From Candidatus Aenigmatarchaeota archaeon (lineage in GTDB: Archaea > Aenigmatarchaeota > Aenigmatarchaeia > CG10238-14 > SpSt-28), in NCBI GenBank assembly GCA_039000985.1, contig JAWBMD010000002.1, forward strand, positions 38,369-102,368: a stretch of DNA of 64,000 bases, read 5' to 3'. The notes under the pieces are model-generated. The model was not told where the DNA came from. It was given only the letters and a program-made list of their open reading frames with translations, and searched no databases. This document shows positions 49,724 through 60,025 of the stretch, piece after piece; the stretch's first letter is position 1, and each line of letters begins with the position of its first letter. A program made the position numbers and the translations under genes.

Positions 49724-51081
49724 TATTCCAAAAATTTCTTTTCAAACTCTTTAACAAATTCAACACTTCTTTTAACATCTGAAAATAATTTTTCAGCCTG
49801 CTTAACATGCTCAATGCTTGCTTTTTTATTGTTAGCTAAAATGCTTGTTGGAACAATTAATTGTAAAGCATATCTTAAAGAATTCTCTAAACCAAGCTTT
49901 GTTAAATATTCTATTGCTTCATCATCAACATCAACTTTTTCATGCTTAATTCTAATTTTTATAATTTCTCTTATTTCTTTTTCTGTATATGGTCTTGTAT
50001 TTATTATTAATAATCTATCTAACAAATCTATTGGCATTGCATGTGGCGACTTATAATCCGTTCCTCTTATTGTCGCTATCCCTCTATTTGTTGCAAATAT
50101 TAATATTGGAGAAAGCTCTTGCTCCATTGCTCTATTCAAAAATGCAAATGTTTCTATATCGAGCAAGCTACATTCATCTATAAAAATAACTCCAGGCACT
50201 AATTCTGCTTTCCCTTCTTTAACCATTTCTTTTACTAATTCATCAGTTTCTTTTCTTACTTCGCTATCTATTTCTTTTCTTTCAGCTCCAAAAATTAAGC
50301 TAGCTATATCCAAGCTACTCCTTGCTCTCATCATATCTATTTGGTGTAAAGTTAGCAAATAAACAAATTCCTTTTCCTTAAAAACTTTTCCATCTGGTAA
50401 AGGAACAGGCTTATCGGCATAAAGCTCTTCTTCTCCTTTTTTAATAACTCTTTCACTTTTTCCATATTTAACAATTTTACCACCATCAACATCTATTGCA
50501 ACAACATCTCCAACCTCAATACCTTGTTGAGCAAATTGAATAGCAAAAGTTTGATCTACATTAAGTTTTCTACTATCTTCTTTTGTTTCCAATTTTATAG
50601 TTGCACTAACTGGAATTTGATAATAAGGATTATATGGATGTGGTTTATGTTTTATATCAAGCTCAATTACTTCTCCTTCATAAATTTTTTTCATCTCCCT
50701 AATCCTAACTCCAATAGCTTTTCTTAATGTTTGTGTTAAAAATTCTGTTTTCTTAACTTCAGCACTATATATTTCGCTTGCAGCTAAATGAACAAATGGA
50801 ACATCTTTTCCTAATTCTCTAGCTATTCCTATAGCTAATGCAGTTTTTCCACTTCCTGGTACACCAGCTAACAAAACTCCTTTACCTGCAAACTTCCCAT
50901 CTTTTATCATTCTAACAACAATACCAGCTGCTTCCCTAGCTTCCTCCTGACCAACAAATCCATCTGCAATAAACTCAGCTTTTAAACCCTTTAAACCTAA
51001 ACCTTTTATATGACTATGTGCTGCTATTCTCTCAAATTCTTTAAGCTCGCTTGTATCAATAATTTCCCTAACTTCTGGCAT
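49720..51081 (-). CDS. tip49: TIP49/RuvB-like AAA+ helicase
   Basis: RIAAHSHIKGLGL, GVPGSGKTA, FIDE, FATNRG, DLLDR. Confidence 0.93.
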   Translation of the reverse strand: MPEVREIIDTSELKEFERIAAHSHIKGLGLKGLKAEFIADGFVGQEEAREAAGIVVRMIKDGKFAGKGVLLAGVPGSGKTALAIGIARELGKDVPFVHLAASEIYSAEVKKTEFLTQTLRKAIGVRIREMKKIYEGEVIELDIKHKPHPYNPYYQIPVSATIKLETKEDSRKLNVDQTFAIQFAQQGIEVGDVVAIDVDGGKIVKYGKSERVIKKGEEELYADKPVPLPDGKVFKEKEFVYLLTLHQIDMMRARSSLDIASLIFGAERKEIDSEVRKETDELVKEMVKEGKAELVPGVIFIDECSLLDIETFAFLNRAMEQELSPILIFATNRGIATIRGTDYKSPHAMPIDLLDRLLIINTRPYTEKEIREIIKIRIKHEKVDVDDEAIEYLTKLGLENSLRYALQLIVPTSILANNKKASIEHVKQAEKLFSDVKRSVEFVKEFEKKFLEY

Positions 51082-51114
51082 ATTATTATTAAATAAAAAA
51101 TTATTTTAAAAACC

Positions 51115-52770
51115 TTACATATGTGAAAAGAAAAATATTTCTTTATCTTTTCTACAAAAACCAATTCTTATAAACTGAACAACTTCATCATATTTAACAT
51201 TTTCAACAATTTTTTCAGCTAAAGCATTTACTATTTCACCATTTGGGAAAAGTATTTTTATTTTAATAAATTCATCATTTAACCATTGAATTTTTTGATC
51301 TTCATAAAAAATTTCTTTTGTTAAAAACTCTGCTTTAAAATTTTCTTTAATCAAAAAACTTCCTAAACCAATAAAACCAATTCTTTTTCCAATATTTTTA
51401 AAATAATCATTTTTTTCGATTAAAAACTTATTACTATTTATTTTAATTTTTCTAACTTTTTCCTTCATTTCTGGATGTAAAGGAATGCTAACTTCTTTTA
51501 TTGAATTATCAAAATTTTCAACTTCAATTTCAACTGGCTCTATTAAAGCAAAATATCTCATAGCTTCCTTATCCAAAAGCTTTCTATTTTTTGCGTATAA
51601 AATTTCAGCTGGAACAGTAACATCAGCCAAATTTAAGCCCATTTCCAAAATAACTTCCCTTATAGCTTCTTTTCTTATACCTCTTTTTCTTAAAGAAATT
51701 AAACTCCAAGTTCTTGGATCTTCCCAACCAATTAGTTTTCCTTTTTCTATAAGCTCCCTACTTTTAGATTTACTTAACTTAGCCTCTTTTTCTGCAATTT
51801 TCATCATACCATAATGAACAAAAACACATTTTTTCCAACCAAAAATATTCCAAATATATTCTTCCATCATGTCCTCAATAACCAATTGCTTTCCTCTTAA
51901 AATGTGAGTAGTTCCCATTAAATAATCGTCTATTGCCCAACTAAATTCTAGCATTGGCCAAACTCTATATTTCTTTCCAACTCTAGGATGCTCTCTATCA
52001 GCTATTCTAATTATAACTCTATCTCTAAAAGCTGGATCTTTATGCTTCATATCAGTTTTAATTCTGAGAATAGCTTCCCCTTCTTTAAATTCAGTAAACA
52101 TTTTTTTCCAAAGCAATAAATTTTCTTCAATACTTCTATTTCTGCAACTGCATTCAATACCTAAAGCTCTATTCTTTCTTATTTCTTCTTTGCTACAAGT
52201 ACAAACATAAGCAAAATTTTTTTTAATTAGTTCTTCTGCATATTTATAATAAATCTCTAATCTATCTGACTTATAATAAATTTCTGAAAAATTAACGCCA
52301 AGCCATTTCAAATCTTCTATTATCATTTCATAAGCTTCTTTTAATATTGGTTTTTCAACACTACCAATTGTATCATCAAAAAACAAAATTAACTTACCAT
52401 TATATTTTTTCACATATTCATCATTCAATATAACCATTCTTGCATTTCCAATATGTAAAGGCCCAGAAGGATAGGGAGCTAATCTCATAACCAATTTTCC
52501 AATTTCAGCATTTGGTAACTCTGGTAATTCTTTAATTTCTTCTTTTTTAATTATTTCAAATTTTTTTGCCTCTTTCTCAATTTCATTAAAGCTTAGTTTA
52601 TTAACTTCCTCAACAATTTCTTTAATTTTTGGAATAATCTCCTTAATTTTTTGCTTTATTTCTGGCATTTCAGAAACTACTTTTGAAATAACAGCACTCA
52701 AATCAGCTTTGCCATTATGCAAATAAGCATTTAATATTGCATTTTTTCTTGCTATTTCTTCCAAGCTCAT
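51115..52770 (-). CDS. gltX: Glutamate--tRNA ligase (archaeal)
   Basis: RLAPYPSGPLHIGN, THILRG, LSKS. Confidence 0.93.
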   Translation of the reverse strand: MSLEEIARKNAILNAYLHNGKADLSAVISKVVSEMPEIKQKIKEIIPKIKEIVEEVNKLSFNEIEKEAKKFEIIKKEEIKELPELPNAEIGKLVMRLAPYPSGPLHIGNARMVILNDEYVKKYNGKLILFFDDTIGSVEKPILKEAYEMIIEDLKWLGVNFSEIYYKSDRLEIYYKYAEELIKKNFAYVCTCSKEEIRKNRALGIECSCRNRSIEENLLLWKKMFTEFKEGEAILRIKTDMKHKDPAFRDRVIIRIADREHPRVGKKYRVWPMLEFSWAIDDYLMGTTHILRGKQLVIEDMMEEYIWNIFGWKKCVFVHYGMMKIAEKEAKLSKSKSRELIEKGKLIGWEDPRTWSLISLRKRGIRKEAIREVILEMGLNLADVTVPAEILYAKNRKLLDKEAMRYFALIEPVEIEVENFDNSIKEVSIPLHPEMKEKVRKIKINSNKFLIEKNDYFKNIGKRIGFIGLGSFLIKENFKAEFLTKEIFYEDQKIQWLNDEFIKIKILFPNGEIVNALAEKIVENVKYDEVVQFIRIGFCRKDKEIFFFSHM

Positions 52771-52787
52771 AAAAATTTTTACGAAAA

Positions 52788-53540
52788 TTAAATCAAATTT
52801 GTTTTTTCTAAATCTGCTCTATATTTAAAAATTCTTACACCATAAGGATTAACCTTTTGAACATTTATAATTTTTAAGCATTTATATTCTTCTATTTTTT
52901 TATTCAAAACACTAAAATCATTCTCTGGAGAAACAAAATATAAATGAATTTTTCCGTTTTCCTTTACTTTTTCTAAAGCCAAATCCAAAAAATCTAATGA
53001 ATTTATTATTGGCATTATTACTCTATCAAACTTTTCATTTTTTAATTCATTATTGCAAATTTCTCTAACGTCACCTTTAAACAAAATAACTTTATCCTCA
53101 ACTTTATTCATTTTAACATTTTCTTTTGCATATTCATGAGCAATTTCATTTTTTTCTATACAAAAAATTTTAATGTTTTCGCTTTTTGCTATTTGAATAG
53201 CTATTGGTGCAATACCAGAAAACATTAAAAGAATTTTTTCATTGTCATTAACTAAAGAAGCTAATCTTTTCCTTTCAATAGATTCTTTGCTTGAAAAATA
53301 AACTTTTGTTGGGTCAAGCTTTAACATTATACCATATTCTTTATGAATTACTTCGGTATTTTTTTCACCAGCAATTAATTCAAGCTTTTCCAATCTAAAC
53401 TCTCCTTCTCTTTTACCAACTTTTTTTAAAATAGCTTTAACATTTTTATTATTTTTAAAAATCTTTTCAATATCTATTTCTCTCTCACTATCTACAATAG
53501 CAATTGCTTTTTCTCTTGAACCAATTATTTCTATGCTCAA
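52788..53540 (-). CDS. Trm5/TYW2-family tRNA methyltransferase
   Basis: HKEYG, KVYFS...ERKR, MFSGIAP, FDRVIM. Confidence 0.8.
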   Translation of the reverse strand: MSIEIIGSREKAIAIVDSEREIDIEKIFKNNKNVKAILKKVGKREGEFRLEKLELIAGEKNTEVIHKEYGIMLKLDPTKVYFSSKESIERKRLASLVNDNEKILLMFSGIAPIAIQIAKSENIKIFCIEKNEIAHEYAKENVKMNKVEDKVILFKGDVREICNNELKNEKFDRVIMPIINSLDFLDLALEKVKENGKIHLYFVSPENDFSVLNKKIEEYKCLKIINVQKVNPYGVRIFKYRADLEKTNLI

Positions 53541-53719
53541 GGCTTAAATTTCAAAACTATTTCTTCCTCGTCAACAGTAGTCAAAAAAACTTGCCTGCAA
53601 CAATATCTTTTTATATCATATTTTTCAAAAAATTCCTTAATATCTTTAAATTTTTTAACTTCTTCCCAAAGATGTCCTATTACCTTACCACAAGTAAAGC
53701 ACCTTATTGGGAGCAACAT
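53537..53719 (-). CDS. rpoN: RNA polymerase subunit N (Rpo10)
   Basis: PIRCFTCGKVI ... RYCCR. Confidence 0.95.
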   Translation of the reverse strand: MLLPIRCFTCGKVIGHLWEEVKKFKDIKEFFEKYDIKRYCCRQVFLTTVDEEEIVLKFKP

Positions 53720-54111
53720 TTTACTTCTCCACCAGCACTTTCAATTTTTGTTTTAGCATTTTTTGATGCAAAATCAATTGAAATCTTAACAGGAAAATCT
53801 ATTTTTCCCCTACCTAGCAATTTTTCATAGCCCATAGCTTTCAAATCAATAACTTCATTAACATTCAAATCTTTTTCCTTAATCATTTTTACCAATTCAT
53901 CTATATTAATAATTTTAATTTCTTTTTTAGGCTTTTTAAACCCATGCTTTCCAATAGTCTCGCTTTCATATTTTAAAGTTGCAAACAATTTTGGTCCAAG
54001 CCTACCACCTCTACCTCTTCCTCCTCTTGATCCTTTCCCTCTCCACTTTTTATGGCTACCATGGTATGTTCTTTCCCCCCTCCTTCTTTTTTTCTCTCTT
54101 CTAACAACCAT
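53704..54111 (-). CDS. rpl15: 50S ribosomal protein uL15
   Basis: RGKGSRGGRG, GKHGF, KLLGRG, KIESAGG. Confidence 0.92.
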   Translation of the reverse strand: MVVRREKKRRRGERTYHGSHKKWRGKGSRGGRGRGGRLGPKLFATLKYESETIGKHGFKKPKKEIKIINIDELVKMIKEKDLNVNEVIDLKAMGYEKLLGRGKIDFPVKISIDFASKNAKTKIESAGGEVKCCSQ

Positions 54112-54142
54112 ATTATTATTCTCTACAAAGCTAAATAAATAT

Positions 54143-55255
54143 ATGGAAGTAACTCCTTGGGAAGTTATTGGAAAAATTGATTATGAAAAGCTCGTTAAAG
54201 AATTTGGCTTAAAGGAAATAGATGAAAACATATTAAAAATTTTTGAAGAGAAAATTGGAGAAATACATTTCTTATTAAAAAGAAAAATATTTTTTGCTCA
54301 TAGAGATTTAGATTTGGCTTTAAAAAATGATTTCTTCCTTTATACTGGAAGAGGTCCTTCTGGTGAGATGCATATTGGCCATATAATACCTTTTTATTTT
54401 ACAAAATGGTTGCAAGATAAGTTTGATACAAATGTTTACATTCAAATAACAGATGATGAAAAATTTTTAGTAAAAAAACATAGCTATGAAGAAATTCAAA
54501 AATTTGCAAATGAAAACATTTTAGATATAGCTGCAGTTGGCTTTGATAGAAATAAAACATTCATTTTCAAAAATACAGAATACATAAAAAATATTTATCC
54601 ATTAGCTATAAAAATAGCAAAAAAAATAAATTTTACCACAATAAAAGCTGTTTTTGGTTTGAATAATCAAAGTAATGTTGGAATAATATTTTTTCCAGTA
54701 CTACAAATGATTCCTTGCTTTTTTGAAAAAAGATATTGTTTAATACCAGCAGCTGTTGATCAAGATCCTTATTGGCGAGTTCAAAGAGATATAGCAGAAA
54801 AATTTGGCTATAAAAAATCATGTCAAATACATGGAAAATTTTTACCGCCTTTAACTGGATTAGAAGGAAAAATGAGTACTTCTTTACCAAATACAGCAAT
54901 ATTTTTGAATGAAAATGAAAATTCTGTAAGAAGAAAAATTTACAAATATGCTTTTTCTGGTGGTCAGCCGAGTGTTGAGCTACATAGAAAGCTTGGTGGT
55001 AATGTTGATGTAGATATTTCATATCAATGGCTTTATTTCTTTTTTGAAGAAGATGACAAAAAACTGGAAAAAATAAAAGAAGATTACAAAAGTGGAAAAT
55101 TGCTTACTGGTGAACTAAAAGATATTTTAATTGAAAAAATTGTTAAATTTTTAGAAAAATTTAGAGAAAATAGAGAAAAAGCTAAAAATTTTGTTGATGA
55201 CTATCTTTATAATGGTAAATTAGCACAAAAAATGTGGGAAACTAAATTTGAATAA
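54143..55255 (+). CDS. trpS: Tryptophan--tRNA ligase
   Basis: VTPWEV, YTGRGPS..MHIGH, DQDPY, KMSTS, AFSGG. Confidence 0.95.
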   Translation: MEVTPWEVIGKIDYEKLVKEFGLKEIDENILKIFEEKIGEIHFLLKRKIFFAHRDLDLALKNDFFLYTGRGPSGEMHIGHIIPFYFTKWLQDKFDTNVYIQITDDEKFLVKKHSYEEIQKFANENILDIAAVGFDRNKTFIFKNTEYIKNIYPLAIKIAKKINFTTIKAVFGLNNQSNVGIIFFPVLQMIPCFFEKRYCLIPAAVDQDPYWRVQRDIAEKFGYKKSCQIHGKFLPPLTGLEGKMSTSLPNTAIFLNENENSVRRKIYKYAFSGGQPSVELHRKLGGNVDVDISYQWLYFFFEEDDKKLEKIKEDYKSGKLLTGELKDILIEKIVKFLEKFRENREKAKNFVDDYLYNGKLAQKMWETKFE

Positions 55256-56504
55256 AATGCCTGCCAATCAATTAACTAAATTAAGTTCATTTGATGAAGT
55301 GGATGAAAAATTTTGGAATGAAAAACCAATTCTAGAAACTTTAAAAACTGCTACAAATTTCTTTTTAAAATACATAGATAATACTGTACAAATTTGGGCC
55401 GCTAGTAGGGATTGGTTTATGGAGGAATGGGGTAGAGATACTTTCATCTCATTACCTGGTTTATTACTTGTTAATAAAAAGTTTGAAGAAGCTAGAAAAA
55501 TTTTTGAAAGATTTGCAAGTTATGAAAAAGATGGTTTGATTCCAAATAGAATTACCAATAATGAAATAATATACAATAGTGCAGATGCTTCACTTTGGTT
55601 TATTAGAGCGCAAGAAGAATATGTAAAATACACTAACGATTGGGGATTCATTAAAAAAATAATGCCTATAAACAAAAAAATTTTAGAAAGCTATATAAAT
55701 GGAACTGGATATTTTAGATACGGAAAATTTCAAAGAATTTACATGGATAAAGATTACCTCATTGTTAGCCCACCCCAAGCAACATGGATGGATGCAGATG
55801 CATTTGGAAAAATTCCTCCTGTCACGCCAAGAAATGGAAAAGCAGTAGAAATAAATTCCTTGTTTTATAGAGCTATTAAGTTTATAGAAATTGCAGAAGA
55901 AAAAACAAATATAAAAACTAATTTGCCAATCAAAGAAATTCGTGAAAATTTAAAGAAATCTTTCGAGAAAAAATTTTGGAATGAAAAAATTAATGCATTA
56001 TATGACGTTATAGAAGGGGATCCAAATGGTGCTTCTATAAGACCTAATATGATAATTGCAGTAAGTGATGGAGAAGATTTGATTCCAATCGACAAACAAA
56101 TTTCTGTATTCAATGTTGTTAAAGAACATTTGCTTACTCCGGGTGGTTTGAGAACTCTTTCTCCTACCGATCCTAACTATAAAGGTACTTACAATACTTA
56201 TTTACCAATAGAAGAAAAAGACTTATCTTATCATCAAGGTACTGCTTGGCCATGGTTATTTGGTAGATATATTGATACCCTAGTAAAAATTATGAAATAC
56301 AAAAATGAAAATGAAGAATCTATCAAAAAAGAAATAAAAAGAGTTTTGGGCCCTATTGTCAAGTTTTGTTTAGAAAGCGAATATAAATCATTACCTGAAC
56401 TTTTTTCAGGTGATTGGCCATATGAACCAGGTGGAACAACTTCTCAAGCATTTAGTGTTGCAGAAGTTTTAAGAGTTATTATTGAATATAAAATTTTAAG
56501 TTAA
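55248..56504 (+). CDS. Amylo-alpha-1,6-glucosidase (glycogen debranching enzyme, C-terminal domain)
   Basis: WGRDTFISLPG, TWMDA, TPRNGKAVEIN, GLRTLSP, YHQGTAWPWL, SQAFSVAE. Confidence 0.88.
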   Translation: MNKMPANQLTKLSSFDEVDEKFWNEKPILETLKTATNFFLKYIDNTVQIWAASRDWFMEEWGRDTFISLPGLLLVNKKFEEARKIFERFASYEKDGLIPNRITNNEIIYNSADASLWFIRAQEEYVKYTNDWGFIKKIMPINKKILESYINGTGYFRYGKFQRIYMDKDYLIVSPPQATWMDADAFGKIPPVTPRNGKAVEINSLFYRAIKFIEIAEEKTNIKTNLPIKEIRENLKKSFEKKFWNEKINALYDVIEGDPNGASIRPNMIIAVSDGEDLIPIDKQISVFNVVKEHLLTPGGLRTLSPTDPNYKGTYNTYLPIEEKDLSYHQGTAWPWLFGRYIDTLVKIMKYKNENEESIKKEIKRVLGPIVKFCLESEYKSLPELFSGDWPYEPGGTTSQAFSVAEVLRVIIEYKILS

Positions 56505-56712
56505 ATCAAGCAACCACTTCCATAATGGAATACATTTAATTTCCTTATTATCTATTTTTAAAATATCCTCAAAATCCCAAGTTATTAATAACAAATTTTT
56601 ACATTTTAATAGCTTACTAGCCTTTAACAAAGTCTTTGTTTTTTTTCTTATTAATTTCATCTTTACTAGAAGTATAAGTTACTTGGATTAATTGTTTAAT
56701 TTTTAACCTTCT
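56501..56712 (-). pseudogene. Fragment of the AAA_14/DUF4143 ATPase 3' end
   Basis: Translates in part to LIQVTYTSSKDEI and LLITWDFED..IKCIPLWKWLL, matching the paralogs at 60026-64000. Frameshifted and has no start. Confidence 0.8.
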
Positions 56713-56795
56713 TATGAGTAAAGATATTGGGAACGCTTTCAAACTAATTTCTATTTACTTTATCAGTTTAGACAAAAACTTAGAATTTTAAAGTT

Positions 56796-56999
56796 TTATT
56801 TCCTAAAAATAAATCTTAAAAGCTTTAAAATAATAAAAAGAATTAAAATAAAAAGAGTATAATAAAAAACAATAGTTAAAATAACTATAAACCACATAGC
56901 TTTACCGATTCCTTCTTGATAGATAAAAATGATATAAAAAATGAATCCAAAAAATAAAAGGTATGGTAAGAAAACAATATATTTTATTTTTACTTTCAC
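56796..56999 (-). CDS. Small 2-TM membrane protein
   Basis: Hydrophobic 67 aa ORF adjacent to 57001..57651. Confidence 0.5.
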   Translation of the reverse strand: MKVKIKYIVFLPYLLFFGFIFYIIFIYQEGIGKAMWFIVILTIVFYYTLFILILFIILKLLRFIFRK

Positions 57000-57000
57000 T

Positions 57001-57651
57001 TTAAGGAATAAATTTAACTAAAGGTAAATCGTTTGTTTCACTAGAACCCAAAGGAGCTATGTCTCTACCAAAAGAGAGATGAGTAAAAACTACAACATCT
57101 ATATTTTCGCTTTCAGGAATAGCTGAGATTAAATAATAAGTTCTTGTGTTAATCTCTTTTTTAGAATCAATTTTTGGTTCTTGTCTATCTTGAAATTCAT
57201 AACAAACTTTTTTAATACTGTTACAAGCTCTGCCAGCTATTCTGTATTTAGTAATATCAACAATCAGCCAGTCTTTACTTTCTTTCTCAGCTCTAAAAAC
57301 TTTAAACTTAATATAAACAACTTTATTATCATCTTTAGTTGTCAACTTACCAATTGGCGACTCTAAGTTCTTGCCTACTTTGTAATCTTCTAAAGTTAAA
57401 TAACAGGAACTATTCTCATCAACAAAAGAACCTACCTGATATAGTTTTAAGGTTTGTCCTAACTTTACCTCATTTATTCCTAGTTCTTCTAAACTTTTTA
57501 ATAAAGCAATTGAATATTCTCTAGATAAAATAGAGAGTCCCAACACTATATTTCTATTTTGTTTTTTAAACTTCTCATTAGAAAATATAAAAATTAAGAT
57601 TACAAAGATAAAAGGTAATAAAATTTTAAACTTTTTCATAATTAAACTCAT
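57001..57651 (-). CDS. Membrane-anchored hypothetical protein
   Basis: N-terminal TM segment, 216 aa. Confidence 0.55.
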   Translation of the reverse strand: MSLIMKKFKILLPFIFVILIFIFSNEKFKKQNRNIVLGLSILSREYSIALLKSLEELGINEVKLGQTLKLYQVGSFVDENSSCYLTLEDYKVGKNLESPIGKLTTKDDNKVVYIKFKVFRAEKESKDWLIVDITKYRIAGRACNSIKKVCYEFQDRQEPKIDSKKEINTRTYYLISAIPESENIDVVVFTHLSFGRDIAPLGSSETNDLPLVKFIP

Positions 57652-57682
57652 ATAAATTTAATTTACCTAACTTTCCTATAAA

Positions 57683-58747
57683 TTTATCACTACAATCAGC
57701 TAAACCCTTTCTGGAGTGCTATTCATGAAAGATATTTAAATATGTAATTATGAGCTTTATCAGAAAGCTTAAAATTAAAGATAAAACTTATCTTGTATAG
57801 GTAAAAAATTTTTTAAGCAGAAATATGTTAGATATCTTGGTATAATTGTTTTAAAGATTAGGAAAGTATGTAGTTTTGATTTTGAAAAAGATTATGGAAG
57901 AATTAAATCTTAATGAAATAGTAGATAAAAAATTGTTAGCACTTTCTGTTTTAAATACTATTCAACCAAGCTCTATAAATATTCTTTAGACAAGATTTTT
58001 AATTTAGAATTTATTCTTTAGAACTTTCAGAAAGGAGTTGGAGATTTATGAAAAGTTTAAGTCAAGCATAAAAAGAATTTTTTATGATATAACAAACATC
58101 TATTTCTATGGAGCAAAATGTTATCTTGCTAAAAAAGGTTAATTACTATTACCTTGTATAAAAATAGGTTTAATTATAGATGACAAAGGCTTTCCAATAT
58201 TCCACAAAATATTTCCTGGCAATATAAGTTCCTATAAAACACTTGAATTAATAATAAATCTTCTAAAATCGGCTAAAGTTACTAATTGTACTCTTGTTTT
58301 AGAAGAATATAGAGCTAGCTGAGAAAGAAGACTATTCCTTAATAATCGGAATTCCTAGAAAAGGAAAACTGAAAAGCATAAAATGGGAGCTTATAAAACT
58401 GAAAGTTACAATGAACCAGAAGCTATAAGGATGAAAAGAATAGCCATACTTAAAGGAATTAAACCAAGGGATTATGGAATTTATATGCTGTATCCTAGCA
58501 AGGAGATGAAAAATAGCAATGCAGCAAACTTTAGATGTTTAAAAGTATTCTTGGTTTACTGTTGACTTGAGGGAAGAATAAACCTCCATTGAATTATATT
58601 TTAATGAAAACTTCTCATTTGGAGCTAAGTATAGAAAAAGAGATTGAAGAGTTAAAGGGCATTTATAGAGTGGAGTTTGGATATCGACTCTCTCAAAAAA
58701 TCAAGAAAGAATATTAAAATGTTTTAACATTATGGTATAGTGATAAA
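57683..58747 (+). mobile_element. Degenerate IS1634-like insertion sequence (transposase pseudogene)
   Basis: Fragments MSFIRKLKIKDKTYLV*, KQKYVRYLG, FYDITNIYFYG and GFPIFHKIFPGN with many stops. Terminal inverted repeat TTTATCACTA/TAGTGATAAA. Confidence 0.75.
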
Positions 58748-59067
58748 ACAGACAAATAGATGTATTTTTTGGGAAAAGGCTTATTTTTCAATTAGCCCCA
58801 TATATCTCCCATGTATTTTTGCGGGATCTAAGAAATTATGATGTTACTCTAAATCTTACAAGTAGAGTAAAAAAAATTAATTGAATTTGCTTCTAATCTA
58901 TTCTTATAAAAACAGAATTAAAGTAGTTTAATTAATTGATATTAAACCTTCTAAGAAACTAGAAATATACTAAGAGTTCTCTTGATCCTAACTTTTTTGT
59001 TTTGCTACACTAAGCTGGTAATAGGTAAAACTTATGTGTCAACAATCAGTAATGTGGTATTAATTAT

Positions 59068-59706
59068 TCAAGACGAAATTGTCGTACTGAATATAACTAG
59101 CGTTATTATACCTAATATAACTGATGGTATGACCCACACTACAAGGAATACTTTCTTCATGCTGATTGAGTGAAGTACAGATAATCCCTTTAGATTTAAA
59201 TAGAATGAATAAATTGTAGGAATTATTCCAACAAATGGAACCCAACCAAGTAACAAAATAGGAGTACTGGCGTATACTATTCCCTTATAGGTCATCGAAT
59301 AATCACCTTTACCACCAGCTAATTTCAAAAATAGATGAGCGAGCCCTGCCACTATAAAAGATCCGATAAGAATTGTTATATAAAAAATAATTGAAATCAT
59401 TATTCCTACTAATTTAACTAATTCACCTAGAGAAGGCAGAAGTCGTAATAAATTACCTGAATAAGAAGAAATCAATAAGTTTAATGTTAAAGTGACAAAT
59501 ATAACCACTATCGAAGAAAGTATAGCAAAATAAATGAAAGCTTTCATAACACCTTCTTCATATTTTATTCTTTCAAAAAATTCGGTCGGACTCAGTATAA
59601 CTTTCTTTATTTTTTCAATGAAACTCATTTTCTCATATCTTCTAGAATTTACAGACCTTCCACCATATTTTTTGTACAAGTCATCCCAAGTTATTTCTCC
59701 CACCAT
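59068..59706 (-). CDS. Yip1-family membrane protein
   Basis: VILSPTEFF, HLFLKLAGGKG, YASTP..LGWVP. Confidence 0.8.
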   Translation of the reverse strand: MVGEITWDDLYKKYGGRSVNSRRYEKMSFIEKIKKVILSPTEFFERIKYEEGVMKAFIYFAILSSIVVIFVTLTLNLLISSYSGNLLRLLPSLGELVKLVGIMISIIFYITILIGSFIVAGLAHLFLKLAGGKGDYSMTYKGIVYASTPILLLGWVPFVGIIPTIYSFYLNLKGLSVLHSISMKKVFLVVWVIPSVILGIITLVIFSTTISS

Positions 59707-60025
59707 CCTCCATTCATCTGTAATAAATTAAATTTAATAATTTAAATTTAAAGTAAACTTAAGTATAGCTCATAGATAGAAACACTAAAAGAACTTGACC
59801 TTCCTTTAAGATAACTCACAGAATTTAATATTCTATATCTATTATAAGTACATCTACCATCTGTTATGACTAAAACGTCCTATGCCAAATAGTCTATTAT
59901 TAATCTTTTCTTTACTTATTCGAACAAAATATTATGTTGAATGTTAAATATCCACAACTATCACTTCTTAAATTAATTCAATAGAACAACCGTATACTTA
60001 ATCCACAATAAGTTCTAAATAAATA

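Noticed and set aside
2674..59731. Many 60-130 aa ORFs antisense to or nested in recognised genes
   Set aside because: Shadow ORFs with antisense-typical composition and no motifs.
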